Shown here: in pieces, positions 41,488 to 56,363 of the stretch | Layout of the letters: each line of letters opens with the position of its first letter | How positions within the stretch are numbered: the first letter of the stretch is position 1 | Assembly (NCBI GenBank): GCA_050613775.1 | Contig: JBODTK010000151.1 | Coordinates: 186,001-250,000 of the forward strand | DNA length: 64,000 bases | Source of the DNA: Neocallimastix sp. 'constans' | Lineage: Eukaryota | Reading direction: 5' to 3' | Translations under genes and position numbers: made by a program | Notes under the pieces: model-generated | The model's input: only the letters and a program-made list of their open reading frames with translations | What the model was told of the DNA's origin: nothing | Databases searched by the model: none

Positions 41488-42341
41488 AATTAATATGTAT
41501 TATGCATTAATTATAAATGATTAAGAAAATATGAATTTTTTTTTTTTTAGTTTGTTTTTTCGTTTTTGTTTTGCTTTAATTATTTTTCTTTTATTTATTT
41601 AAAGTTAATAGAATTATAAGCAATATATATATTATTATTAATTTTTTATACTTCATTTTATTTCATCTTAGCCATATCAACTTTATTTATAAAATAATTT
41701 TTATTAATATTAATTGTTAAATTATAAAAGAAAAATAAAAAATAAAAATAAAAAATTATATAATTATTTCATTATTCATTTCCTTAACAATATAAAAATA
41801 AATGAAAAAAAAATTTTTTTATTAATTTTTTTTATAAATTAAAATTATTATTATTATTCAAATATTAATAATTAAACATATGATAAATTAATATGTATTA
41901 TTAAATAATAATTGTAAAACTATATATAATAATATACATTAATTAAACCATTGAATAAAAATTTACTAAAAAAAAAAAAAAAAAAAAAAAAATTTTTTTG
42001 ACATCGGATTAATAAAATAACAATAGTTATTTTTTAATTCTTATTAAATTAGAATAATATTCAAAAAAATTAAAATAATAAAAGAAAATATATATATATG
42101 ATGAATGATGAAAAATTTATGAAAAAGTAATTAATTATGAAAAATTGATAAAAATAATCAATTAAAAATGAAAATTATATGGTCTATTAATGAAAATAAA
42201 ATTTAATAATTTTTATCATTGACTTTAATAGAAAAGTTGATAATTTATAATTAAAACAATTATTATCATTCATATCATTAATAATAATATAATTATTATT
42301 TACCTAATAATTTATGATGGAGCACTCATTATACACATGTA

Positions 42342-42372
<31 letters not shown>

Positions 42373-44224
42373 ATAATAATAATAATAAAAACATTAAATA
42401 AATAAATAAATAAATAAATATAAATATATGAAAAATATAATAAATAAAAAATAATTATGATATTAAAATTAATAACAAAAATATTCACTTAGAACCTTAT
42501 TTTTATATATTACATTTTTAAAATATATAATAATTATATAATAATAACATATTTTTTTATTTTTATATATTACATGTTTAAAATATATAATAATTATATA
42601 ATAACATATTTTAATACAACTAGAATATATTGTTAAAAAAAAAAAAAAAAAAAGAAAGCATATTACATTATATTAATTTTGGGATAATGAAATTATTATG
42701 GTTCTTATGAGAATATAAGAATATTAAATAAAAATTAAAATAATAAGAAAGAACGAATAATTATTATTAAATATTGAAAATATTAATCATTAGTCAAATA
42801 TCTTTCAGTATTTTTAAGTTTTTAATTATATGTTTTAACTTTAATTCATAGTTTTTTTTTTTTTTTTTTTTTTTTTTTGAATTTAAATCAAAATTAAATC
42901 AAATTTTTTAACTTATTTAAAATACCAAGAAAATAATTAAATTATGCTACTTTAAAAAAAATATTAATTAAAATTTAATATTAATAAAAAAAAAAAAAAA
43001 AAAAAAAAAGTAAAATGTTAATAATTTAATTACAATTACAATTACGGTTAATAATCTTTTTTTATTTTTAATGTTAAAAATTTACCTTTTTTATTTTATT
43101 TTTATTTTTTTTTTTTTTTTTTTTTTTTTTTGAAATATATATTAATTTTTATAATAATATAATTTTTTTAAACATTTTAATAATTAATTAAAATATATAT
43201 AAAATTATAACAAAATTAATAATCCTTTAATGAATTACTATTAGTAATTAAAACATATCTGTTTTTGTTAATTATTTGAATATTTTATTACATTAATCCT
43301 ACCTTATATTAATAGATTTAATGAATTAATTCATATATTTATGATAATAATAAAAAAAAAAATAAAAAAAAAAAAAAAAAAAAAAGATTATTATTTAATT
43401 TGAAAATTTTTAAGGGGTATTTCAGAAATTAATAAGCAAGTACATTTTTAAATATAAAATTAATATTAACCATAATAATAATTTCAATTTAATTATTGAA
43501 TCTTTTATAATTTTTTTTAATGGTTGTTTGTACTAATTTAATCTATAGCTGTTTTTTATTATTTCATTTTATTTTTATTTTTTTCCTTATTTATATTTTT
43601 AATATAATATTTCTTAAAGATGTCTAATTTAATTAATTTCTCGGCATTTTAATTTTAATTTAGCTACAAAAAAAAGGCAATTAATTAATTAAAGTTAAAA
43701 AATATAAAAAAAAAAAAACATTATTAAAATTTAATAAAATAAATTTTCATTAATAGAAATAATAAAAATATATATATTATATTAATAATAGTAATAATAA
43801 TAATTATAATGAATCACGGTTCGAATATCTCTTGTTGGGAAAAGTTTTATTTATGATTTATTTAGTTATAAAATTTTGTTTATTTATTATTTAAAAGTAA
43901 TTATAATTTATTTAATACATGTATTTAATTATTCGTAACTAGAAAATATAAAAGAAATTATGAAGTAAATTGACATAAATCTTTGCAAAGAATAATTATA
44001 AAGAATTATTATATTTTTAATTCATTATAATTTATTTAATCAATTAATTCCTATGATAACTTATTTCATATAAAAGTATAAAATAAAATATATATTGAAA
44101 TAAAATATTAAAATAAAATATTATTCAGAAAATATTAATAAGAAGTATATTATAAATAATAAAATATAAAATAATAATATAAAATAATAATTATTTAAAT
44201 AATTAAAAATAAAAAAAATAATTT

Positions 44225-44460
44225 GGTCACACATAATAAGTACCCATCTCCCACAATGATCATAACAGATATAGCTGTTAAGTGTGATATACTGGCATAC
44301 TGGTACAGCATCGCACCTCCACATGTCGTTACCCATTTCTGCCTGGGGCAGTATTCCATAACGTTCCTATATATATCTCTATTGACCACAAACATTGGGA
44401 TAGGGTCCAATATGCTGCCAAGGGAAAGTCTTTTGGATACCAATGTGGTTATTAACAAAA
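44225..44460 (+). ncRNA. Candidate structured ncRNA (unassigned; H/ACA-like 3' end)
   Basis: Sharp island of about 40-45% GC in a ~90% AT desert. It has several stems, G-U pairs favouring the + strand, and ACA just after the last stem. No known family motif was recognised. Confidence 0.4.
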
Positions 44461-47400
44461 AATAATAATAAAATTTGTTTTTGTTTAAATATAAAAAATA
44501 AATAATTAAAAATATAATATAATAAATATCAATATAAAATAATATCAATATAAAAATAATTAAAAGAAATTTATAATTTAATTTAAATTTTAACAAAAAA
44601 TTTATGTTATAAATTTTATATTTATATTATTTTTATGCTCTTGTATAATTTTATGAATTTTACATAATTTTATTTTTATCACGTTATATTCAATCATGTT
44701 TAATGTATATCACGTATTTTCAAATAAATTATTATTTTATTTTTATGTAATTATTAATAAATAAATTTTATTATTAATTAAAATTCTTATTTTCATTTTT
44801 TTTTTTTTTAAAAAAAAATGAAATAAATAAAGAATAAACACTAATTAATAATAAATTATTGTGTAAAAATTTTGAAAAGCCATTAAAAATTATTAATTAT
44901 ATATTATAAATTAAAAAAAAAAAAAAAAACTAAAATTATTAATAACAAATAAAAAATTCATGTATTGTATTGAATAATATTTTATTTTTAAGTATTTTAA
45001 TAATACATATTGAAGTACATTTTTTATAGTCTATATTGATTGATTTTAACAATATATTGTATCATATGTAGAAATTCAAAAATGATTAAAAGAAAATTAT
45101 GATATAGTATGTTAAATATGTAATGTTATTATATAATAATATCCTTATATATATATACTGATATATTTTTTTAAATCTTGCATACAATAAATATTATTAT
45201 TATTACAATTAGTTTTTTATTTTTTATTCATTTTATTTTTTTTTAATAATCAAGTATAAAATTACCATAAATCAACTATTCATTAATTAGAGTCTAGAGT
45301 AAATAATAAAAAAAAAATAAAAATAAAAAAAATTAAATATAAAAAAAAAAAAAGAGACATATATATTTTTTTTTTAAAATTTTATTTTATTTTAAAAATT
45401 TAATCTAAATTAATAATTTATTTGAAAAATAAAATAAAATAAAACATAATAAAAATTAGACCTATTAAAAAGTCTAATTAAAGTATAGTCTCCAATTTTT
45501 TACTTCCTTTTAATGGCTTTTGAGAATATCATTCTTTGTTTCCAATATCTTTATTAAAACAACTTTTGAATAAACAACTATTATAGCATTTATTTTCAAA
45601 AAAAAAAAAAAATTAAAGTGGATAAAAAAAATAAAAAGATCGAAGTGGATTTAAAAAAAAAATGGATATCAAAGAAATATATTTCATATAATAATTATTT
45701 CTAGGATAATATTAATATAAATATTCTTTTTAGATATATAAAATTTATATTTAATTATATAAAAATAATTAAATATGAATTATTTATTTGTACTATAATA
45801 TTAAAGTTATAATAATTACTTTTTTAGATATATATAATTTATATTTATATTGAAATAAAAATATAAAAATATTTAATCTAATAATAGTTTTAAATTAATA
45901 TAAAAAAAATTAATAAAATTATTCTATAATTCAAAATTTTAATATAAATTAATTGTATATTAACACTTTTACTCCAAATTGGGTTATTTATAATTATTTA
46001 TAATTATAACTCTGTGATAAATTCAATAAATTTTATTGAATTAAAATATTAAAATTTTTATTAATAAAAATTATTGAATTAAATTATTATAATAAATTTT
46101 TAAATTTTGTTCCAAATTTATTAATACCATAATTTCAATAAACTTACTTTAATTAAAAAGAATATGAATTTAAATACATTAAAAAAATAAATCAATAATA
46201 AAAATATTATTATTTATTATTAATATTATCATGATTAATATTATATTATTACTATTATTATTTTAGAAATGTTCTTTTAAAAATTAATAATTTAATTTTT
46301 CATTAATACTTCAATCACATTTCAATCGCATAAACATTTCCGAACTGTTAATTAATTGATTAATTTAAATAATTTATAATTTACTATAATTTTTAATTTT
46401 TAATTTATTAATCTATTTATTTAAATATATATTTATTAAATTATCTGTTTTTATTTTTATTTTCCGGTTTTTATTTATATATTTATTTATTTTTATCTTC
46501 TTTTTCCTTTTTATTATTAACATTAATTAATGAAAAAAAACCCTATTTAGAAAAAAGAAATAATGTAAAAATAACATAATTACTAATGATAAAAATAATA
46601 ATAATATTAATAAAAATATAAAAAAAAATAAAAAAAATAAAAATATTAAAAGAAATATATAATATTATAATTAAAACAGTAAATCATTTTATAATAATAA
46701 TATAAATAATTCAAAAATTTTAAAAAATATATATACAAAATAAAAAATTATAAAATATAATTTTTATTTTCATATAATTAAAATACATTTATGTTTTATG
46801 TTTTGGGGGGTATTAAATTAAAATAAAAATATATTTATATATAAATTTTTTATAATAAAAGACAAAAAAAATAAAAAATAAAGTTAAATAAAAAAACGTA
46901 ATAAAAAAAAAAAGATAAATTAAACTAATTTATTAATTCCAATCATATTATTTTGGAATAAATTAAATCAATTTTTTTTAATATTTTCTTGTTTCTTTGA
47001 AAAACTTTATTATTATTTGAATTATTTTGACTAATTTTGATTTTATATTCCACTAATTATATTTCTATTTTTTTATTTATATTTATTACATTTATGATTA
47101 TATTTCATTTCAACTTTATATATAATATGAAAATTGATTTATAAATTAAAAAATCATGCAATTATTATTAGTTTTATAATAATAATAAATATAGTAAATT
47201 TTTTTCAATTAAATAAAATATCCTCATGGAAAGTGTAGTAACAATTTAATTTTTACTTTTATCATATTTCATTAAAATTATATGATATGAAATGAAAATA
47301 AAAACCTTAATTATTAATAAATTATTTTATTAATAATTACATAAAAATAAATCAATTAATCACTTGATTAATTATCATATGATTTATAAAATGATCCAGA

Positions 47401-50400
47401 AATAATGTAATATAAGATAAATTTATGTAACATCATAAATTCTATTAAATACATAAATTAATGTAAAATAAAATTTATATCATAAATTTTATGTTATGTA
47501 AATAATTTATAAATTAAGTTTTATTTTATTTCATTTTAATTATTTTTATTATATTTTTATTTTATTTTTATATGTTCTAATTATTTTAAATTATTTATAT
47601 TATACTTTTTATAATATTCAACTAAATATTTAATTCTTATTATTTTAAAATAGTTTATAATTAAAGAGTATTATATAAAGAATACCTTTTTCTTTATATT
47701 TATTCTTTGTAATTTTGCAATTTTGCAAATTGCCATTCATTCAATATAATATCAAATTAAATATATTTTTATTAATAAAATTAGTTTTTCAATATGAATT
47801 TATAAAATTTAGTAATTAATTAAATAAATTTAAATCATAAAATAAATAAATAAATATTTAATAAATAAATAAATAAATAAAATTATATTATATTAATAAA
47901 TTTCATAAATAAATTATATAACTTCTCCCAGTAAGAGATACTGAACCAGGCGTACTTTATCATATATTAATTTTTATTTTTATTATATTTCATTAAAACT
48001 ATAATAATTAAAGGTAAAAATTTTAATTTTTAAAATAGTTATTTATTAATATTTATTTTATTATTTTAATTATTTCTTTTATATGAATAATACTTATTAT
48101 ATTAATTTAAAATTATTTTATCTACTATAAATAAATATTTTTAAATATTTTTTAATTATTAAGAAAAAAAAATGGAAAAAAAAAAAAGCCAGTAGAATAT
48201 TCTAATATTTTACACAAATTTTTATTTATAATTTTTTATAATTTTTTATTATAATATTAAAGTTAATTAATAGATTTTTAATATATATAAAAAAATTTGT
48301 ATAACAAATATATTAGTTTGTATAATGTATTTTTTTTAAAGTTTTTCTAAATAAGTATAATTTTAATAATATTTAAAATATTTTTTTTTATTTTTTATTA
48401 TATAATTTAAAGTTAATACAATATATTTAATTTGCATTAATGATCTAAAGTATAATCATTGTTAAAATGTTAATATTTAAATGGATTTTCATAATTAAAA
48501 GTTTAATAACAATTTACCAATTTATTTTTTTTTATTTTATGGTTTTTTTTTTATTACTTTATTATTACTTTAACTAAAAAATTAAAAATATATATACTAT
48601 TTTAAAAAAAAAAATAGATATAAAATAAAATAATTAATATATAAAAAAACAATACCCCTTTTTTATTATTATAAATATTTTTCTTATATAAGTTTTATAA
48701 ATATTTATTAAAATGTTTTATTTCAAATCAGAATTTTTTTATTTAAACATAATAATATATGTATATAATATAACAATATTTAATTAATAGATTAAAACTA
48801 TATATAAATTATATTTATTATTTAATTTTAATAAATGATTATAATATAAAATAATAATTTTACCATAAAAGGATAAAATTTGCTATATAACTAAAAAAAT
48901 AAAATAAAGTTTTATCAATCATCAACCATAAAAGCATATTTTATAATTTAAATAAATATATTAGAATTATAAATTACTTCAAATATTATATATTTAAATA
49001 ATAATTAAATTTGGTCTATAGCTAAAATATTTATTTTTTATACTTTTATTGTGTCAATATACTATGAGATAGTTTTTATATTAATTTTTATATTTAAAAT
49101 AATTTATTTTACTATATATTATATTATATTAATGCAATTAATTTACAATATATTACTATATATTAATTTTTAATTACTTTTGGTAAAGAATAGATGATAA
49201 AGTGGATTTAAAAATTATTCATTCCAATATAGAATTTTAATAAAAAAAAAGTTAATTTTATATATTAATATAAATAATAGACTAAGAATTTTTTGATAAA
49301 AATAATACTTCTTTTTATATTCCTTTAATAATAAAAATATCAATAAATATAAAAAAAATTGCATTATATTGAAAATTAAAAAATGGAGTAGAATTTAAAT
49401 TTCTTTTTTTTTAGATATAATCAACAATAATGTAAATTCTTCAATTGATGTAACTATTAGTATATAGTTTCAATATATAAAAAATAAAATAGAAAAGAAA
49501 AATTACTACTGTATAAAAAATTTTTAAAATTTTTTTTAAAGCTTAATTAAAATTTTAAAAATGAGCATGAGGATAAAACTTTACCGGAAATTTATTTGAA
49601 ATTTTATTATTAAAATTCATGATACATTTTTATATTAATTTAATAAACTTTATTAACTATTCTTTTAAATCATTAATTAGTTAATAAATTAAAAATTCAG
49701 TAAAAAAATTTTATAGAAATTAAAGGAAATGAGTACTAAAAAATTAAAGGCTTATAACTTTAGTTATTATTCAATGACTAATAAAAACATTTTTTATTTT
49801 TTTTTAAAAATTAATTAACTTTATCTTATAAATTTTGATATTATATAATTTTTTATAAATAGTATTTATTTTTTTTTTGAAAAAATCTTATATATAACAA
49901 TTTTTAGTTATTTATTAAGTTAATAAAAATATTCAAAAAAAAAAAAAAAAATAGGTATTTAAAGTTATTTAAATTAATCATTATTAAACTTAGTTATGAA
50001 ATATAAAAATATACAATAATATCGATAATAATGAGATTCTATTAGAATATATAATGTCTACAAAGAGGTAAAAATCTTTCATAAGGAAAAGTCGTTTCAG
50101 TATATCAAATAAATATAAATATTGTCAAATTTAAAAAAAGTAAAACAAAAGTAACTAGAAGATAATATACCAAGAAGAATTATTTGTATTTTATCTTTTT
50201 CATTTATTTTTTGTTTTATTTCTTTTATTTGTTTTTATAATAAACAAATGAATGGTTAAATAAATAACATGGTGAAAAGGTTAGGGATAAAACTTTATAA
50301 ATTAAAATTTTTAGCTTTACTTTATATTTAAAACTTCTAAATTAGATATATTTTAATTAGTACATAGTTAATACTGAATAATTTGAAAATTTTATATTTA

Positions 50401-51514
50401 ACTGTATTTTTATTTTTTATTATTATAAATGGTATTAAATGTTATTACATATTATTAAAAAAAAAAAAAAAAGATATACTCTACTTATTAGAAATTATTA
50501 CAAATAAAAGAATTAAATTTTTTAATATATATTGAAAATAGCTAGAATATTTAAAAATAATATAAATATTTAATAAATTATATATTATAAAAAAAGCAAC
50601 ATTTAGTAGAACAATAAAATATGATAAAAGATATATTTAATAAATATAATTTTTAAGAAAAGTAAATAAATATATTGTTTTTTATATATAAATTATTATA
50701 TCTAGAGTATTTAAAATTTTTATTTTATATATTAAAATATATTTAAATAATATTTAATATATTAACGTTAAAATAATAGCTAATATATTAATTTATACAT
50801 AATATATAAAATATATATTTTATAATATATATATATTGTATAAGTTTTTAGTATTTCAAAAATAATTTAAATTTATTATATGGTTATTTATTATTTAATT
50901 ATTTCATAATATATAAAAAAACAAAAAGAATATAATTATCAATTAATATGCAATATATTATATAATTTATTAAAAATATAAACAACCTTCATGAATAGTT
51001 TCTGTATTTTTATTAATATATTAATTAATTGTAATTAGATAATTTAATATCTTTATTATTTATTTTGACCTAATGTTATTATTGTAAATACGAAGTAATA
51101 ATATTATAAAAAAGTTAAAATAATATAAAATTTAATATAAAAAAAAAAAAAAAAAAATAAAAAATAAAATAAAATAAAATAAAAATTGGTAGAATATGGA
51201 AAATAATTAATTAATTGAGGAATATTAATGAAAACTACAATGGAAAAGGAAAAATTTAAATATTTAATACTTATAAATATATATATATTTACATATATAT
51301 TTTTAAATACAGTTGTAATGGTATATATAAATATATATATATTTATATATATATTTTTAAATACAGTTGTAATGGTATATATAAAAGTATTTCTATGATA
51401 TATACTAAAAATTTTCTATAAGAAATTTTATTTTTTAATATGTAAATTAAAAAAGTATATTCATTGTTGTATACTTTTTTATGTTATTGTATATTTATAT
51501 TGACAGTTTTATGC

Positions 51515-51729
51515 ATTAATCATTGATGCAATAATACAATATTTTATTATTTACACTATTTCGATTTTTTAATATTATTGTTAAAAAAAAAAAAAAAAAA
51601 AAAAAAAGAAAATAAATTAATTATTTTTAATTAAATGAATAAAAATTAAAAAATAAAAAAAAAAAAATTAATCATTGATGCAATAATACAATATTTTATT
51701 ATTTACACTATTTCGATTTTTTAATATTA

Positions 51730-51765
<36 letters not shown>

Positions 51766-51823
51766 AAATAAATTAATTATTTTTAATTAAATGAATAAAA
51801 ATTAAAAAATAAAAAAAAAATTA
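51515..51823. repeat. ~153-bp direct tandem duplication
   Basis: attaatcattgatgcaataatacaatattttattatttacactatttcg near 51515 and 51667. Confidence 0.9.
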
Positions 51824-52300
51824 ACCAAAACAAACAAAATGTTATAATATAGGAGTTATAACTTTTATATTTAATAAAAAGAAATTTAATTTAATAAAAA
51901 TGAATATGAAAATAATTAATAAAAACAGAAACAAAGACCAAAAACCAAAACAAACAGAAAGATGTAATATTTATAATATAGGAGTTAAATATAAAAATAC
52001 TAAAAAAGAAATTTAATTTAATAAAAATGAATAGGAAAATAATTAATGAAAACAGAAACAAAAACCAGAAACCAAAACAAATGGAAAGTTTTTTTAGTAT
52101 TTTTATATTTAATTTAATAAATGAATAGGAAAATAATTAATAAAAACAGAAACAAAAACCAGAAACCAAACCAAACAAAAAGTTATAATATTTATAATAT
52201 AGGAGTTAAATATAAAAATATAAAAAAAGAAATTTAATTTAATAAATGACTATAGGAAAATAATTAATAAAAACAAAAACAAAAAACAAAAACCAAAATA
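51824..52300. repeat. Diverged ~100-130 bp tandem repeat x~4
   Basis: Recurrent tataggagtta, aaataattaataaaaacagaaacaaa and accaaaac. Confidence 0.8.
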
Positions 52301-52435
52301 AAAAAAAAGCGAATTAATAATTTTGTTTATAAATACTTAAGAATTATTATTATTTTTTTATTTCTTTTATTATATCTTTTTTTTTTTTTTTTTTTTTTTA
52401 ATTATATTTTATTTACTTCAATTAATTATAAATAA

Positions 52436-52499
<64 letters not shown>

Positions 52500-53958
52500 T
52501 TTTTAATTTGTTTCAAGGATTGTATTTCCCCTTCAGTTTATGTTTTTCAAATTATATTAAATCATTTAATAAAGTTATTGTAACTTCTCAGAACTAATTT
52601 AAATAGTAATAAATTCTTTTATTTATATTTTTATAGATTTAGAAAGAAAATATAACATTTAATTCTTATTATGATTTAACTTAAAAAAAAAGAAAAAAGC
52701 CTTATTTCATGAAAGTTTCAAATAATTATTATTAATTATTATTATTTTTATTTTATTATTAATAATTCAGAATTTTTTTTTTTTTGTTGTACTGTCTATA
52801 ATTCAACAAAAAATATTAATACATAAATCAATAAAAAATAATATATAATTAATAAATTAAATGTTGAATTAAATGTTGAATTAAATGTCTACATTATACA
52901 ATTAATGTATATTAATGTATTAATATATTATAATTAATTTTTTTTTTATACATATGATAGACTATTAAACGTTTGAATTAAATATAAAATAGATATGTAA
53001 TGGTTAATATTATATATAGAAATAAATTATAAATTATTTCAACCAATATTAAAAGGATTTATAATTTTTAAACTTTAAATTTCATCTTTCTTAAATATCG
53101 TTACATATTCTAATATTTTTTTATTAAATAGAATGAAAGTTATAGACATATTAATTTATTTTTAATTTTTATTAATTTATTAATTCATTAAATTAATTAA
53201 ATAATTAATTAAAATATGAATTTAAAAAATTATAAAATTGATCAATAATCATATAAATTAAAATTAAATATTGAAAGTAAATTTTTTTTTTTTTTTAAAC
53301 AGTTTATATTATTTTCTTATTTTTTTCCCTTTTATTATTAATTATAGTTTGTATGAATGACTTACATCATTTTAACTCAAAGTTTTTTTCAATACATTTT
53401 TTTTTTATTTTAACTCAAAGTTTTTTTCAATACATTTTTTTTTTATTTTATTTTAATTTAAAAAAAAAAAAAAATGTAAAAGACAAAAAATAAAAACAAA
53501 ATGTAATTAATAATTAATAATAAATAAATAAATAATTAAAAAATATTAATGCATTAATTATTTTTGTGTAAAAAACATTTTAACATCTAAAAATATTATT
53601 ATAAATTATATTTATTCTATTATTATAATTATGAAATATTATAAATAAAATATATTGTTTTATTATCATAAATAATATTATCATTTGTATTGTATCTATC
53701 ATTTATTGTTATTATTACTAATTATTTTATTAGTAAAATTATAATTTATTATTTTTTCTATTTTTTTAATTATTTTAAATATCATTTATTAGCATTTATT
53801 AGAAATATTAGAATTTTTTAATGATAAAATACTTATAATATATAATAATATATAATATATTATAAGATTAACATAATCATAATTAATAATAAAGAGATTG
53901 GATTTAAAAAATAAATGTTAGAATATACGTAAATTCCTAATTTCGTGACAACAACACC

Positions 53959-54000
<42 letters not shown>

Positions 54001-56266
54001 TATAAAAGTAATAATAATTGAACATATGTAAATATTCAATAAAATAAATAAATCATATAATATTTCATATAATGAAATATATACAATATTTGTATATACA
54101 AATAATATAAATGTATATACATAAATCAATGTAATAACATATGACTTCATATGATATATTTATGTACTTAAATTATAAATTTATTCCTATTTATTATAAA
54201 TATAATTTTACATTAATAAATTAATATATTTATTTTATATTAAAAATAGCTCGGTATATTAATTTATTAATGTAAAATTATATTTATAATAAATAGGAAT
54301 AAATTTATAATTTAATATAAAATAAATAACAAAATTTATAATTACTTATAAATATTTAAGTGTTTCTACAGATAGTCGGTCAATAATAATAATAGTAATA
54401 ATAATACTAATACTAATACTAATAATACTAATACTAATACTAATAATAATAATAATAATACCAATAATAATGATAATAAAAAATATAAAAAAATATATTA
54501 CTATTTTTTATATTTAGATAATAAAATAAATAAAATAGAAACAAAAATATAAAATTTTAATAAATTAATAATATAATTGTAATAATTTTAATAAATAAAA
54601 TATAAGTATAATTATTTATTTAATAATCTTTTTTTAATGGTTTATAATAAATTTTAGGTAAGCTAATAGTTAAAGTTTAATATTATAATAGATATGTTAA
54701 ATATTATAATATATATAAAATTAATGGTTTGTGTAATATTTTCATACAACTTAATACGTACGTTCATATAAATTTATATAAATATTTTAATATTATATGT
54801 TTTATTATATAATATATTAGTTTATAGTAATATATATATATATTTTTTTTTTAATATTCTGGAATATTTTTATATATTTTAATTGAAAAAAAAAAAAAAA
54901 AAGAATGACTTGTGGAAATTGATTAATATTTAATATAGTTAATTATATAATATTAATAATTAATTAAAGGAAAAGCTTATATCATATATTTTTATCTTAT
55001 TCATTAATTAAAAAGTAAATCATTTCGTTAATAAATATATTACTAAAAGATTAAAAATAATATTTACTATTTATAAAAAGAGTCTATAATGGTTAATGCA
55101 TTAGTTTTTAATTTTATTTATTTATTTATTTTTTTTTTTTTTAAAAATAATAAAAATTAAAAGAAAGTTTAAATCTTATTAAAAGTTGAGTAAACATTTA
55201 ATATATCAAATTATTTTATTTTAATAATATTTTTATCTATATTATTGTTCGCATTTTTAATATTTTATTTAATTTATAATATATTTTATTAGTTTTTTTT
55301 TAATAATTTATTTTATATATTTTGTATTACATTATATTTATATTTTAATATGATTTACTCAAATAATAAATATGTATCGAAAAGTTTAAAATGCTACTTA
55401 TTTTCGTGATTATAATTATTATCAAATATATCTTTATAGAAATAAATTAATATTTATATTGAATAAATATATTATAAATATATTTTTAATATATATTATA
55501 TATTAATTATAGTAATAAGATTTATATATTATTTGATTACACAAAAATTTTCCATATATTGAAATTATATATGGTTTATGATATTTAAATATTTTATTTA
55601 TTTTATTATAAAAATTTTATAATAAATTATAAAATTTATTAAATTTATAATTTATTATAGGATTTTTTAATAAAAAATTTTTATTTAAAAGGAAAGAATT
55701 TTTCCAAAAAAAAGAAATTTTTTTTATTATTCAATAATAAAATTTGTTTTTTGTTTATAAATAAAAAATAAAATAATAATAAAAAATTAAAAGTAATAAT
55801 ATAAAAAAAAGGAAGAGTAAAAAATTAATAATTTAAAAAAAAATAAAAAAAAAAAAAGAAATTTAAAATAAAAAAAAAAATAAAATAATATATATAGAAT
55901 TAAAATTATATTTTATAAAGTATAATAGAAAAAATAATATAAAGTATATTTTTTTAAGATAATATAAAATAATTATTTTTTTTAATGATTTTAGAAAAAA
56001 TAATCTTAAAATTATTTTATTAGTTTAAAAGAAATAATTATTTTATATTTGTAAAGTAATAATATATATATAAATATATAGATATTTTGTCTAAATAACA
56101 AAAAATTCTAAAAATTTAAATTTAAAAATAAAATGAGTATTTAATAAAAAAAAATTTAAAAAAAATAATTAAATAAATTTTAAAATAATATCTAAATTTT
56201 AATACAAATAATAAATAAAAAATTTTTTTAATAATAATAATCAATATAAATAATATATATAAAACA

Positions 56267-56361
56267 GTAAGTATTTAATATTCGAAAAAAAATAATTAAA
56301 TATTTTTTAACTATTTAAAACTTTTTTAATAATATGTATTTATTTTTATTTAATTGAATAG
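56267..56361 (+). other. Probable 5'-UTR intron of STE12
   Basis: GTAAGT at 56267, tttaac near 56305, and TAG at 56359-56361, two bases before the ATG. Confidence 0.55.
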
Positions 56362-56363
56362 AA

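Noticed and set aside
43818..43826. B-box-like GGTTCGAAT as a tRNA gene or promoter of the 44.2-kb island
   Set aside because: No cloverleaf or A box, and T-runs between it and the island would terminate Pol III.
44121..44596. ORFs of 71-133 aa across the GC island as host genes or pheromone precursors
   Set aside because: Non-ATG or low-complexity ends, non-host codon usage, no CAAX or recognisable domain.
47921..47962. TPP riboswitch (gagatac..tgaacc..gcgta)
   Set aside because: Lacks CUGAGA and the UGAU..UAAU P4/P5 elements, and is too short.
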